Assembly: GCA_965248925.1 (NCBI GenBank)
Contig: CBDFLE010000005.1
Span: 576,001 to 640,000 of the forward strand
Source: Candidatus Multivoradales bacterium
GTDB taxonomy: Bacteria; Acidobacteriota; Thermoanaerobaculia; Multivoradales; J023
Length of the DNA stretch: 64,000 nucleotides
Direction: 5' to 3'
Positions 49,809-59,621 of the stretch are shown here, one piece after another (position 1 is the first letter of the stretch; each line of letters begins with the position of its first letter). The position numbers and the translations under genes are program-made. The notes beneath the pieces were generated by a model that saw only the letters and a program-made list of their open reading frames with translations, was not told the DNA's origin and did no database searches.

Positions 49809-51677
49809 GTGATGTCCAAAAGCGAGCCCAAGAAGAGTCCTGCCCACGGCGAGCGCGAGTTCGCTAGCGGCATCTTGCCTCTGCTCAACTCCCAGAGCAT
49901 AGTGCCGTTTCGCCGCGGCAGGCACGCGGGGCGGAAGGCTGAGGCACAGCTGCCTCAGCGCTACGAGATTCGCGACAGCGACGACGGTCGCACCCTGTAT
50001 TGCAAGGAAGCACCGGCAGTGGCGGTGCAGCTAGATCGATCCTATGCCTTCAGCGAGGCCGAGGCTCGACGGCTCGGCGAGCGGGTGGTGATGCTCGACG
50101 GCGCCGGGCAATTCGCGCCGCTGGTAGATTCCACCGCCCAGCTCTACAACTTCGACCACCACCGCGACTGTCAGCGTGCCTTCACTTTGGCGACCTGCGA
50201 GCAAGCTCTGGTGATGGTCATCAAGGGGCTGGAACTCGACAAGGGAGTGTGGACTCTCTACGCCAACGAGCCCGATCTCGACACTATTTTCGCCCTCTGG
50301 GTGTTGCTTAATCATCGCCGAGTCCGCAACCTCGACACCCGCGGTCGCGATGCCCTGCTTCCCCTGCTGCGCCTCGAGGGTGCGATCGACGCCAACGGCA
50401 ATGATGTAGCCGAGTTCTGTGGCCTGCCGCGCAACCTGCTCCGCAAGACTCAAGCGAAGCTCGACGGCTTGTTCGCCAAAGAGCTGGCGGTCAAAAGCGG
50501 CGGTGAGTGGGAAACTCTCGATCACTACCAATACGTCATCGAGATGCTCAGTGAAATCGATCAGCTGATCTACCGGCTGGAAGATTTCTCCGACTTCGTC
50601 AGCGTCGACAAGGAACTCGGCCATGTCGAGATCGGTCAAGATCGGGTGGCGGTGCTGGTCAGCGATGCCACTGGCATCTATGAGGTCGAGAAGAGGCTGA
50701 AGAAATTCTGGGGGGAGCGCTTGGGCATCGTCGCTCTGGCCAAAGATCAGCGTCACTGGACCTTGAGGCGGACGGCGTCGTTCGCCGGCATCGACCTCGA
50801 TCTGGCTTACGCCAAGCTCAACTTGTTGGATCGCTCAGTAGATGGGCGGCCGGCGGAGAAGCGTTGGGGCGGCTCCGACGAGATCGGCGGTTCGCCGCGA
50901 CCGGTGGGCACTGCTCTTTCCGCTGGCGAGATCGCCAAGATCCTCCGCCTGGCCTATCGTCAACCGCCACGTTGGCTAGGCCTCCAGCATGTCGCCATGG
51001 CAGCTTTGTGGACCGTTCTGCTGGGCCTACTCAGCTGGGTTCTGGTTCTTGGCTTGCGTTTCCTGCCGCAACTTCAGACCGAGGTTTTGCGGCCAACGAC
51101 CGAACTTACGGTCCTTGGCGGAGTCTTGGCGCTCGCCGCTATTCTCTTCACTTTTGGCCTGGCGCGGCAGCGAACCTACATCTTTGGCTGGCGCCGTCCG
51201 GCGGGTTGGGATGGGTTGTTGTTGCTCCCGGCGGTGCTGCTTGGCGCCGCCATGGGAGGAGCTTGGGCAATTCCCATGGCTGAGCACGGCTTGGCTTCGC
51301 CGCTGCTGGCCAGCGTCGCGATCGGCGTCGGTGTGCTGGGCCGAGAGTTCTGGTTTCGCGGCGTGGTGCACGGTCGTCTCTTGCTAGATGCCCCGGTGAT
51401 GTCCGTCGGCGGTCCCTGGCTGCTATCTCGAGCCAGCGCCGTGTCGGCGGTTCTTGGGGCTCTTTTTTGCCTAGGTCTGACGGCCGTTCCACTAGCGGAG
51501 GCGCCGGTCTCGACCGTCGGCTGGTTGCGCCCGTTCCTGCCAGCGCTCGGAGCACTGTTCGCCGGTCTTGGTCTGGGCATGATGCGAGAGCGTTCGCTCA
51601 GCGTCTGGCCCGGTGTTCTAGCTCAGCTGCTCGGTGTTGGCGCCTGGCTGATCTGCCGTCTATTGCTGCTCGGCTGA
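49809..51677 (+). CDS. Soluble DHH-like domain fused to a degenerate CPBP/Abi-like membrane domain
   Basis: LDG, NFDHH, NEPDLD, GAID and WGGS..GGSPR in the N-terminal part; multi-TM C-terminus with REFWFRG and RERSLSVWP. Confidence 0.6.
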   Translation: MMSKSEPKKSPAHGEREFASGILPLLNSQSIVPFRRGRHAGRKAEAQLPQRYEIRDSDDGRTLYCKEAPAVAVQLDRSYAFSEAEARRLGERVVMLDGAGQFAPLVDSTAQLYNFDHHRDCQRAFTLATCEQALVMVIKGLELDKGVWTLYANEPDLDTIFALWVLLNHRRVRNLDTRGRDALLPLLRLEGAIDANGNDVAEFCGLPRNLLRKTQAKLDGLFAKELAVKSGGEWETLDHYQYVIEMLSEIDQLIYRLEDFSDFVSVDKELGHVEIGQDRVAVLVSDATGIYEVEKRLKKFWGERLGIVALAKDQRHWTLRRTASFAGIDLDLAYAKLNLLDRSVDGRPAEKRWGGSDEIGGSPRPVGTALSAGEIAKILRLAYRQPPRWLGLQHVAMAALWTVLLGLLSWVLVLGLRFLPQLQTEVLRPTTELTVLGGVLALAAILFTFGLARQRTYIFGWRRPAGWDGLLLLPAVLLGAAMGGAWAIPMAEHGLASPLLASVAIGVGVLGREFWFRGVVHGRLLLDAPVMSVGGPWLLSRASAVSAVLGALFCLGLTAVPLAEAPVSTVGWLRPFLPALGALFAGLGLGMMRERSLSVWPGVLAQLLGVGAWLICRLLLLG

Positions 51678-51756
51678 GAGCTGCCAAGGTGGATTGGCTT
51701 GTGCTAGGATGCGCAGCCGCGGCGCCCCCGAGTCAGCTGTGGTTCGCGGCTTCAAA

Positions 51757-51833
51757 GTCCCTATCGTCTAGCCAGGTCAGGACTCCAGCCTTTCAAGCTG
51801 GCAACACGGGTTCGAATCCCGTTGGGGATACCA
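51757..51833 (+). tRNA. tRNA-Glu (anticodon TTC)
   Basis: GTCCCTA/TGGGGAT acceptor, CCAGC-CTTTCAA-GCTGG anticodon arm, GTTCGAAT T-loop and CCA. Confidence 0.96.
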
Positions 51834-51845
51834 CGAAGCCGACCC

Positions 51846-51889
51846 CCCTTTTCTTCTCTAGCCATTTCCCTTTTCTTCTCTAGCCATTT
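51846..51889. repeat. Perfect 22-bp tandem duplication
   Basis: CCCTTTTCTTCTCTAGCCATTT x2, directly after tRNA-Glu. Confidence 0.9.
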
Positions 51890-51928
51890 ATAGATACAGT
51901 CGGCCCTCACCGCTGGGGGGCGAGTTCG

Positions 51929-52315
51929 ATGCTACAAATTTTAGTGGAGTTGTCTGCGCTCTACGGCGGGGCAGCCGAGATCCCAACTGCGGTGGAGCGC
52001 CTGCCTGGTCCTGATGGGCAGTTGATCGACCTCGGTCAGGAAGCTCGAGACCAGCTGCAGCGAGCGGTGGCGAAGCTGCCGCCGCGAATGCGCAGCTGTG
52101 TCGAGTTGCGCCTGCAGCTGCTGGGGTATCAGGAAATAGCTGAGACCTTGGAACTCTCGCCGCAGACGGTGCGGACACAGATATTCATGGCCCGGCGGCG
52201 CTTGCGCCACAGCTTGGGGATTGCCGAGGATCTTGGCGGTTCAAGGGTGGCTACGGCAGCTGCAAGAACACCGCAGTCGGCACCGGCAAAAAGAAACGCT
52301 AAAGGGGAGTTCTAA
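51929..52315 (+). pseudogene. ECF sigma factor region-4-only fragment
   Basis: AVAKLPPRMRSCVELR..GYQEIAETLELSPQTVRTQIFMARRRL; region 2 is absent. Confidence 0.65.
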
Positions 52316-52444
52316 GTGGCCGGAGGTAGCGAGAGAGGGGGGGATCGTGTCCGGTCGAGTAAGCAGGTTGCGACCTCCGGCCAAGGGAACATTAGCAAAC
52401 TGTAGTTCTGTCGACTGCCCAAAACTACTAGGCTTTCGTTCTGA

Positions 52445-52472
52445 GAAAGAGACTCTTGGAAAGAGACTCTTG
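52445..52472. repeat. 14-bp tandem repeat with internal palindrome
   Basis: GAAAGAGACTCTTG x2; each copy contains AAGAG-A-CTCTT. Confidence 0.8.
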
Positions 52473-52683
52473 AAATACATGTTGAACGAATGTCGCGCCA
52501 GGTGGCAATCGAGCTGCCAAGGTTGGCGCGAACACGGCAGCTGTTGTTAGGGCCATTGACCCGGTCGCGGAATTGGCGTCAACATCTCACGGCCAGTGGT
52601 GCGTCGCTAGCAGGATGGTGGCTTGCGGTTAGAATGCCCTTCCCGGTCCACGGCCGATTCACCACCCGCTGTCAGGAGAACCC

Positions 52684-53991
52684 ATGATCGCTAGAGCTTC
52701 TTTCACTGTCTTTCTTATGGGCGCCATTGCTTTACCTACTGTTGGCTTGGCCGCCGCTACTTGTCAGGTGCCTGGGCTCGATGCCAAATTCGTGCACCAT
52801 GCCCGCCAGCTGCTCGACCAAGTGCCGCTGATCGACGGTCATAACGACCTCCCCTGGGCGATCCGCGAGCAAGTCGGCAACCGCTTGCGGAAGATCGACC
52901 TGAGCGCGGATCTCAGCCTTGCCGAAGAACCCACTCACACCGACCTGGGACGATTGGAGCGCGGTGGCATGGGGGCCCAATTCTGGTCGGTGTACGTACC
53001 GGTGGATTTAGCGGGAGCCGACGCGGTGCAGGCGGTGATCGAGCAGATCGACGTCGTTCACCGCCTAGCCGAGCACTATCCTGAGGCCTTTGAGTTGGCG
53101 CTCAGCGCGGCCGATGTGCTGCGGATTCACCACGAAGGCAAGGTGGCCTCGTTGATCGGTATCGAGGGAGGCCACTCGATCGGTGATTCGCTGGCGGTTC
53201 TGCGGCAGCTCTACGGTATTGGTGCGCGCTATATGACGATCACCCATTGGCGGCATAACAACTGGGCCGATGCCGCCACCAGTAAGCCGGTGCATGGAGG
53301 CTTGAGTGATTTCGGCCGCGAAGTGATTCGCGAGATGAACAGGCTGGGCATGTTGGTCGACCTTTCGCACGTCTCAGAAGCGACTATGAACGCGACCCTC
53401 GATATTGCGCTGGCACCAGTGATCTTCTCCCATTCCTCGGCCCGCGGCGTGGCTGCCCATCCCCGTAACGTTCCTGACGCGGTGTTGGGTCGATTGAAAG
53501 AGAATGGCGGCGTAGTGATGGTGACTTTCGTGCCCAGCTTCCTCTCCGAAGAGTTGCGTCAACACGGCGCTCGGGAAGATGCTGAAGAGGCCCGCCTGGA
53601 TACCCTCTTCATCGGCGATCCGGAAGGGCGCGACGCGGCTCTTGAGCAGTGGAAGCAAGCCCATCCAGCGCCGCGGGCGACCCTTGCTCATGCCGCCGAC
53701 CACATTGAGCATATCCGCCGCGTTGCGGGCCTGGAGCAGGTGGGTATCGGCTCTGATTTCGATGGCATTTCAGCCGTACCGGCGGGGCTTGAAGATGTTT
53801 CCTGTTTTCCGGCTCTGCTCGGCGAACTGCTGCGTCGCGGTTGGACCGACGAGGATATCCGCCAACTCGCTGGCCTCAACCTGCTGCGGGTGATGCGGCG
53901 GGCGGAAGCGGTAGCCGGCGAGCTGCGCGCCGAGCGGCTTTCATCAGACGTGAAGATCGATGACTTCGCCACCGCAATCGACAGCGAGTGA
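52684..53991 (+). CDS. M19 membrane (renal-type) dipeptidase
   Basis: DGHNDLP, IEGGH, VDLSHVS, FSHSS and GIGSDFDG; signal peptide. Confidence 0.93.
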   Translation: MIARASFTVFLMGAIALPTVGLAAATCQVPGLDAKFVHHARQLLDQVPLIDGHNDLPWAIREQVGNRLRKIDLSADLSLAEEPTHTDLGRLERGGMGAQFWSVYVPVDLAGADAVQAVIEQIDVVHRLAEHYPEAFELALSAADVLRIHHEGKVASLIGIEGGHSIGDSLAVLRQLYGIGARYMTITHWRHNNWADAATSKPVHGGLSDFGREVIREMNRLGMLVDLSHVSEATMNATLDIALAPVIFSHSSARGVAAHPRNVPDAVLGRLKENGGVVMVTFVPSFLSEELRQHGAREDAEEARLDTLFIGDPEGRDAALEQWKQAHPAPRATLAHAADHIEHIRRVAGLEQVGIGSDFDGISAVPAGLEDVSCFPALLGELLRRGWTDEDIRQLAGLNLLRVMRRAEAVAGELRAERLSSDVKIDDFATAIDSE

Positions 53992-54068
53992 CAGCGAGGA
54001 AGTAGCCACCCGCCGGCTCCTGCCGCCGAGGTTCTAGGGCCTGCAATAGTCTCTGAGGAGGATCGAGA

Positions 54069-54875
54069 ATGTTCAACTCGTCTGTGTTCAGTCGTTTCTT
54101 ACCGGCCGCCCTGGCGCTGACGGCGGTGGGCATTGTTGGGGTCAGGAGCGCCGCCGCAGGCGATCCGCCAGCCGCACCCGTGCCGATTGTTTTGGAGCTC
54201 TTCACTTCGCAGGGTTGTTCGAGCTGTCCGCCCGCGGATGCCTTGCTGAGTAGACTTGGCGAAGTCGACGAAAAGGGATTCCTGCTGATTCCTCTGTCCT
54301 ACCATGTCGACTATTGGAACCGGCTGGGCTGGGCCGATCCTTTTTCCTCCGCGGAGTGGTCGCAGCGCCAGGCAGCCTATGCCCGAGTCCTGCCTGGAGG
54401 GCGTCTTTACACCCCGCAGTTGGTGATTAACGGTCGCCATCACGAAGTAGGCTCAAAGGGCAACCAGGTGGAAAAGCTCCTCGCTGAAGAGGGTCAGCGG
54501 CAACCCGCTGCGGAGTTGCAGGTAGAAGCCGAGCGGATGGCCGGGGGGCGACTAAAAATAGGGGTCGAAGGGCGGCTGCGCTCAGCGGTCGAAGGCTCCC
54601 TAACGCTAAGGGTGGCCCTGTGGGAGAGTGGCCTATCCACCGCAGTCGAGCGGGGTGAGAACGCCCGTCGTAATCTCGCCAATGACTATGTCGTGCGCCG
54701 TTTGAAGAGTCGTCCGGTAGGGCTTAAGAAAGCCGGCGAAGGTCTTTCCGAGACGCTGACCCTAAGCCTAGATCCCCGCTGGCGCAGCGAGGACCTAGGG
54801 GTAGCGGTATTCCTGCAGCGGCGCGACACCTTGGCGGTGGTGGGTGCGGCGGTGAGTAGAGTGCCCGCTAGCTAG
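54069..54875 (+). CDS. DUF1223 thioredoxin-like exported protein
   Basis: ELFTSQGCSSCPPAD, YHVDYWN and YTPQLVING. Confidence 0.92.
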   Translation: MFNSSVFSRFLPAALALTAVGIVGVRSAAAGDPPAAPVPIVLELFTSQGCSSCPPADALLSRLGEVDEKGFLLIPLSYHVDYWNRLGWADPFSSAEWSQRQAAYARVLPGGRLYTPQLVINGRHHEVGSKGNQVEKLLAEEGQRQPAAELQVEAERMAGGRLKIGVEGRLRSAVEGSLTLRVALWESGLSTAVERGENARRNLANDYVVRRLKSRPVGLKKAGEGLSETLTLSLDPRWRSEDLGVAVFLQRRDTLAVVGAAVSRVPAS

Positions 54876-55066
54876 CTCATTTCACTCTGCGGACATGGAG
54901 AAGCGAAGGCAAGTTAGCTATAGTGCTACTCGGCGGTTGGCGAGGTGCAAGACCTCTGCGAGCCGCCGCATTATTCATCAATTTCAACCGCTTGGCCGAA
55001 GGCCCGGGCAGTGCGCCTGGAGCTTGCAACGTGATGGCGTTGGCCGGGCGGGCGAGGGCCTGCCGC

Positions 55067-57115
55067 ATGGTCGCGGACGACAAGGAAATAGGGGCATCGG
55101 GGGGGACGGGCGAATTCTCCATGCCTGGGCAGATCGATGCCCAGTTCAAGAAATTTGCCGACTTTGTGGACCAGTATTCCGGTCTGATCTCGCTCAAGGG
55201 CATTTTCTTCGCCAGCAACGAGCCTGAACCGGTGGGCTCTCAGTTGGTGCTGGACTTTCGCTTGGTAGATGACTTCAGGCTGTTCAACGCGCTCGGCGAA
55301 GTGGCCTGGATCGGCACCGATGACGAGCCAGTGAGGCTCAACGGTCAAGCGGTTAGCGGTATGGGAATCCGCTTTCAAGCGCTGGATGCCAAAGGCCGTA
55401 ACCTGATCGTGAGAGTGCTGGAAGAGCACGTCAACATGGGCGGCGCGCCCTTCGAAGTTGAGAGAGTTCCCCCGGTCGCCCTGCTGGATATTCCTGGTGT
55501 GGCGGCGAGGCCTGAACCTGACCTTGATCCCGGTGTTGCCGAGCAGCTCCAGGCCGAGCCCGAACTAGAGTTCGAGGAAGAAGATGAAGTGCAGCTGGAG
55601 GACGAACTCGAGTTGCTCGACGACGACGAGGTAGAATTGGCGATGGAGGAGCCAGACACAGCGACGCCCGAGGTGACGCCCGAGGCTCCTTCGTTGCCCG
55701 AGCAACCGAGTCTCGAAGCCGCGGATGGTTCGCAGGACGGCCCTGAGGCCGTCGAGGTCATCGCTGGAGCTGAGCTGGCCGACCGTCTGGGCTCTTTGCC
55801 CGGGGAACCGAGTACCGCACTTCCCGGTTTTGAGTTCGGGGAAGACTTCGATGCCCTATTCGAGACCGATTCGGATGCTGATCAACCGCCGCCGGAAAAC
55901 AGCGAGGAAGACACGGTTAGCGATGTGACTCCGCCGCAAGCGTCGGTTGCAGCGGCCGCCGACGGGGATGAAGAGAAGCCTCATATCCACCGCTTGAGCA
56001 ATCCCAGCGACCCCAACGATCGCAGTGGACCGATGCCAGACTTGCAGTGGGGAGAAGAGATCCCCGGCTTGGAAAGCGAACTCGCCAACTCCCTGCCACC
56101 GGCCAGCGCGCAGCTGGACGATAGCGCCTTGGACTCGCAACCAACGAAGCTGTCCAGCAGTGACCTATCGCCTGCCGCTGACGCCGCGGTTGAGGAGAGT
56201 GGCGATGTTCTTGGCGATCTCGGGTCGCCAGTGACTACGACTGGGGATTTCTTGGTTCCGGCACGCGAGGAGGCCGAGTCGCCATTGGAGGAAACTCAGG
56301 ACTCCTATGTCGCCTGGCGCCCGGAAGGGCTTGGCAAGAGGGGGATAGGGAGCGGGATAGCTCAGCGAGCGCGGTCTGCCCGTCCACAACTCCTCGCCCT
56401 GACTCTGATCCTTGTCTTGGCCGCTTTGGGCTGGCTCTATCGCGATACTCTCGTGGGTTGGGTCGGTGTTGGCTCACGGCCAGTTGCCACCGCCGAAGGG
56501 CCTGCTGTAGCCGCAGTCGCTCGGCCAGCGATGACCGCAGATGAGGATACCGAGCAGCCGGCGCCAGAACCCGTGCAGGAGAGTTCTGTGACGACCGAGC
56601 CCTCAGCGGTTGTGGGCACCACGGACCCTTCCTCGCCGCCCGCCGCAGCAGCGCCCGACGGCTCCGGTGGCGAAGAGACTCCACGCGCCCGAGTTGACGA
56701 TTCTTTGGCGTCCCCCGGTGGCAGGGTCGCGGTGGCAGAGCCGTTGATTTCGCGGCAGGGCAGGGCGCAGTCGGCAAGTTTGATTCGGTCCATCACCTGG
56801 AGTCAAGAAGGCGACGCTACCGTGGTCACCTTGGTCGCCGATGGCGAGCTACGATCGTCGCAGCTCAAGGTCAGCCGCTTTCGCAGCCAAGTCCGGCCGC
56901 GCGATCTGCTGGTGCTCCGAGGCATAGAGCAACCTTTCACCGGTGGCACGATGCGCATCGGCAATGATCAGTTGGAACGGATCCGCATCGGTTTCCATCC
57001 GGATCACCAACCCAGCCAGCTGCATGTGGTCTTCGACCTGGCATCGTCGGCGATTGAAACCAGCGCGCCGAGAGTCGAGGGCGATCGACTGGAGATCACT
57101 TTCCGCCGTCTTTGA
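55067..57115 (+). CDS. Bitopic protein: degenerate PilZ (TIGR02266-like), acidic linker, TM and periplasmic AMIN-like domain
   Basis: FADFVDQYS.ISLKGIF...GEVAW...GMGIRF; TM LLALTLILVLAALGW; C-terminal RIRIGFH...LHVVFDL. The start is uncertain. Confidence 0.7.
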   Translation: MVADDKEIGASGGTGEFSMPGQIDAQFKKFADFVDQYSGLISLKGIFFASNEPEPVGSQLVLDFRLVDDFRLFNALGEVAWIGTDDEPVRLNGQAVSGMGIRFQALDAKGRNLIVRVLEEHVNMGGAPFEVERVPPVALLDIPGVAARPEPDLDPGVAEQLQAEPELEFEEEDEVQLEDELELLDDDEVELAMEEPDTATPEVTPEAPSLPEQPSLEAADGSQDGPEAVEVIAGAELADRLGSLPGEPSTALPGFEFGEDFDALFETDSDADQPPPENSEEDTVSDVTPPQASVAAAADGDEEKPHIHRLSNPSDPNDRSGPMPDLQWGEEIPGLESELANSLPPASAQLDDSALDSQPTKLSSSDLSPAADAAVEESGDVLGDLGSPVTTTGDFLVPAREEAESPLEETQDSYVAWRPEGLGKRGIGSGIAQRARSARPQLLALTLILVLAALGWLYRDTLVGWVGVGSRPVATAEGPAVAAVARPAMTADEDTEQPAPEPVQESSVTTEPSAVVGTTDPSSPPAAAAPDGSGGEETPRARVDDSLASPGGRVAVAEPLISRQGRAQSASLIRSITWSQEGDATVVTLVADGELRSSQLKVSRFRSQVRPRDLLVLRGIEQPFTGGTMRIGNDQLERIRIGFHPDHQPSQLHVVFDLASSAIETSAPRVEGDRLEITFRRL

Positions 57116-57144
57116 GGTCAGGAGTTCTACCAAGCTGGCAACGA

Positions 57145-58719
57145 TCACTGTTCTGGGAAGCTGCCTGGCCCTGGCTTGAGACCGGCCAGCCGCTCGGGGT
57201 TGATCTTTGCCTTCACCGTCCGCCGATCAATTCCCAGTCGCCTGGCGGTCTCGGAATAGCTGCCGTTCTTGGCATAGATCAAGGTGCAGTAGCGGCCCAC
57301 CAGCTCTTCGGCGCTCAACTCGGCGCCCACTAATGCGGCATCGAGGCCATCGTCGGCCAGCTGAGAAGTGTTTGGCGGCAGGTAGCGCCGGCGGATCAGT
57401 ACATTGCGAACACATTGCTCGAGTTCGCGTACATTGCCAGGCCAACGGTAGTCCGGTCCGATGGCCAACCGCCCATTGTCGTCGCGACCGTGAAAAATCC
57501 ATTCCACAGTCTCCTCGGCCAGACCTTCCGCCTCCTGCTCATCAACCAGCCGCTTGGCCAACAAAGTGATCAGTTGCTGCAGGTCGTCGTCCGACTCCGC
57601 CAGTTGTGCCGCCAGGGAGGGAGTTTCGATGACATCGGCGCACAGCCGGTAGTAGAGATCAGCGCGAAAGCTGCCACGCTGGATCAGCTCTTCCATATCG
57701 CGGTTGGTGGCGGCGATGATCTTGCCGGCGAAAGGGCGCGAACGGGTCTCGCCGAGGCGTTCGAAGCTACGGCTCTGCAAAACTCGCAAGAGTTTTACCT
57801 GGATTGCCGGATCGACCTCGCCGATTTCGTCGAGAAAGACAGTGCCGAGTGCGCCGCAGGCTTCCAGCCACCCGGTGCGGTCCTGTTCGGCGCCGGTAAA
57901 TGCGCCGCGGCGGTGGCCAAAAAGTTCAGACTCGATCACTGCCGGCGCCAATGCAGAGAGATTCAGGGGGAAGAAAGAGTCCTCGGGGTCGGCTGGAAAA
58001 CAGCCTGTGTTGGCGTTAAACGGCAAGTAGCGTGCTAGTCCGATAGCCCTGGCTACCAGCTCCTTGCCGGTGCCGGAAGGGCCGGTGATTAGGGTTGAGA
58101 TCTCCCCCATGCGGGGGAAGAGCGAACGCCGGTAACGGTGCAAGTCGTGGGTGAAGATGGACTGCCAGACCGTGGCACGCAAGCGCGCGGCCGGCATCGA
58201 TCCGCCGAGGATGTAGTGAAAGCAGTAGTGAAAGGCTCGGCGCACTTGGAAGAAGCAGGCGAATAGGTGGTCTGTTTCCAACCTGCCGGGCAGTTCGAGC
58301 GGAAGTTCGTTGAACAGACGCGCGACCTCGTCGCGGAATTTAGGCCAGAACGAGACCGGTCGCGACAGGCCGCTAGCCGTGCTGAGAAAGTGAAAGAAAT
58401 CCAGCTGGTACTTGTCGTAGAGGAAGTAAGTTGCGACCTCGTAATAGAGCTGTCGCTCGTGCAGGGTGCCTTGTCGCCCCTGACGCAGGCGATCTCCTAC
58501 CCGCTGGGTGATCCGAGCTGCCCGGCGCCCCAATTCTTGCACATTAGGGTTGGGCAGACGGAAGGACTCGGTGCGATGCCAAACCGTGCCTAAATCGACA
58601 AAGTCTTCTCCCAGCGCTAGCTGCTCACAGCGAATCCTCTCTGGCAGGAAAGGGTTGCACTGGGTGAGACCGGCGATCGCCTCGGCAAAGTTGTGTTCCT
58701 TGGAATCGAAGAGGGGCAT
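57145..58719 (-). CDS. Sigma54 enhancer-binding protein with an unrecognised N-terminal domain
   Basis: GPSGTGKE, ESELFGHRRGAFTGA, FLDEIG, WPGNVREL and HTH; no receiver domain. Confidence 0.9.
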   Translation of the reverse strand: MPLFDSKEHNFAEAIAGLTQCNPFLPERIRCEQLALGEDFVDLGTVWHRTESFRLPNPNVQELGRRAARITQRVGDRLRQGRQGTLHERQLYYEVATYFLYDKYQLDFFHFLSTASGLSRPVSFWPKFRDEVARLFNELPLELPGRLETDHLFACFFQVRRAFHYCFHYILGGSMPAARLRATVWQSIFTHDLHRYRRSLFPRMGEISTLITGPSGTGKELVARAIGLARYLPFNANTGCFPADPEDSFFPLNLSALAPAVIESELFGHRRGAFTGAEQDRTGWLEACGALGTVFLDEIGEVDPAIQVKLLRVLQSRSFERLGETRSRPFAGKIIAATNRDMEELIQRGSFRADLYYRLCADVIETPSLAAQLAESDDDLQQLITLLAKRLVDEQEAEGLAEETVEWIFHGRDDNGRLAIGPDYRWPGNVRELEQCVRNVLIRRRYLPPNTSQLADDGLDAALVGAELSAEELVGRYCTLIYAKNGSYSETARRLGIDRRTVKAKINPERLAGLKPGPGSFPEQ

Positions 58720-58954
58720 ATTGATCAGCTCGTTGAAAGTGTCAGTCTAGCAGGCCCGTCCGGGGATGAAGGCTGGGTCTTAGGCGCAGCTTGACCCCAG
58801 CAATAGGGGAGAGTAGACTGGCGTAAGTAAGGCGGATAAACCGCTGTGCAAGCCGCCGGTTGAGAAAAGCAATCAGGTGGCACTGAAGCATCCGGGCAGG
58901 TAGGTGCGAGGAGACGCGGCTTCTGGGCGGGCAGTTTTAGAGAGAGACTCCAAG

Positions 58955-58989
58955 GAGTGAATATCTCTTCAATTGAGAGATATTCACTC
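58955..58989. promoter_or_regulatory. Near-perfect long palindrome in the divergent intergenic region
   Basis: GAGTGAATATCTCT-TCAATTG-AGAGATATTCACTC. Confidence 0.7.
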
Positions 58990-59028
58990 TGCCTTCTCTG
59001 GAGTGATCATTAAAAGGCACTAAAAACA

Positions 59029-59050
59029 GTGATTTTCTTGCCAAAATCAC
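59029..59050. promoter_or_regulatory. Inverted repeat, putative operator of the XRE regulator
   Basis: GTGATTTT-CTTGCC-AAAATCAC, about 75 bp upstream of the XRE start. Confidence 0.55.
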
Positions 59051-59124
59051 ACTTCTACTGTTCCAAGTCACGTTTGATATAAACTCTTGGAAATCAACGA
59101 ATTGCCTTCAGGACAGCAAAAGTC

Positions 59125-59616
59125 ATGGTAGTTGAAAAAGAACTTACTCGCATTCTGACGTTGCTCCGCAACAAGATCCGAGAACGCGGTTTCACCCAGC
59201 TCGAGGTCCAGGACGCGCTCGGCTGGGGTCGCAGCTACATCAGTCAGCTGCTGACTAAGCAGAAGTCTCTTCGGGTTGAGCAGGTGCTGCTCATTCTCAA
59301 GGTCATCGGCGTTGAGCCAGTGGAGTTTTACAGTGAACTCTACCATTTCATGCCGGTAGAGCCTGGCATCCGCAATATCGATGAGTTCGCAGAGGACGGC
59401 CCACAGCCTCGCCAGCTGCCGGCGGCCAGTCTCACTAGCGACGGCAGTGAACCGGATGCCGATGCTCTTCTGCGCAGCCTCAACGAAGTCAAGCACATGG
59501 TTCATGGCGTGCTGCAGGTGATGATGGACAAGAACATCATGACCATGGAGGAAATCAGCGACGCGGTGAAGGAGAGCGAACTCAGCAGCCGCGCTGCCGT
59601 GAAGAAGCCCAACTAG
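59125..59616 (+). CDS. XRE-family HTH protein
   Basis: LRNKIRERGFTQLEVQDALGWGRSYISQLL. Confidence 0.85.
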   Translation: MVVEKELTRILTLLRNKIRERGFTQLEVQDALGWGRSYISQLLTKQKSLRVEQVLLILKVIGVEPVEFYSELYHFMPVEPGIRNIDEFAEDGPQPRQLPAASLTSDGSEPDADALLRSLNEVKHMVHGVLQVMMDKNIMTMEEISDAVKESELSSRAAVKKPN

Positions 59617-59621
59617 GTCTG

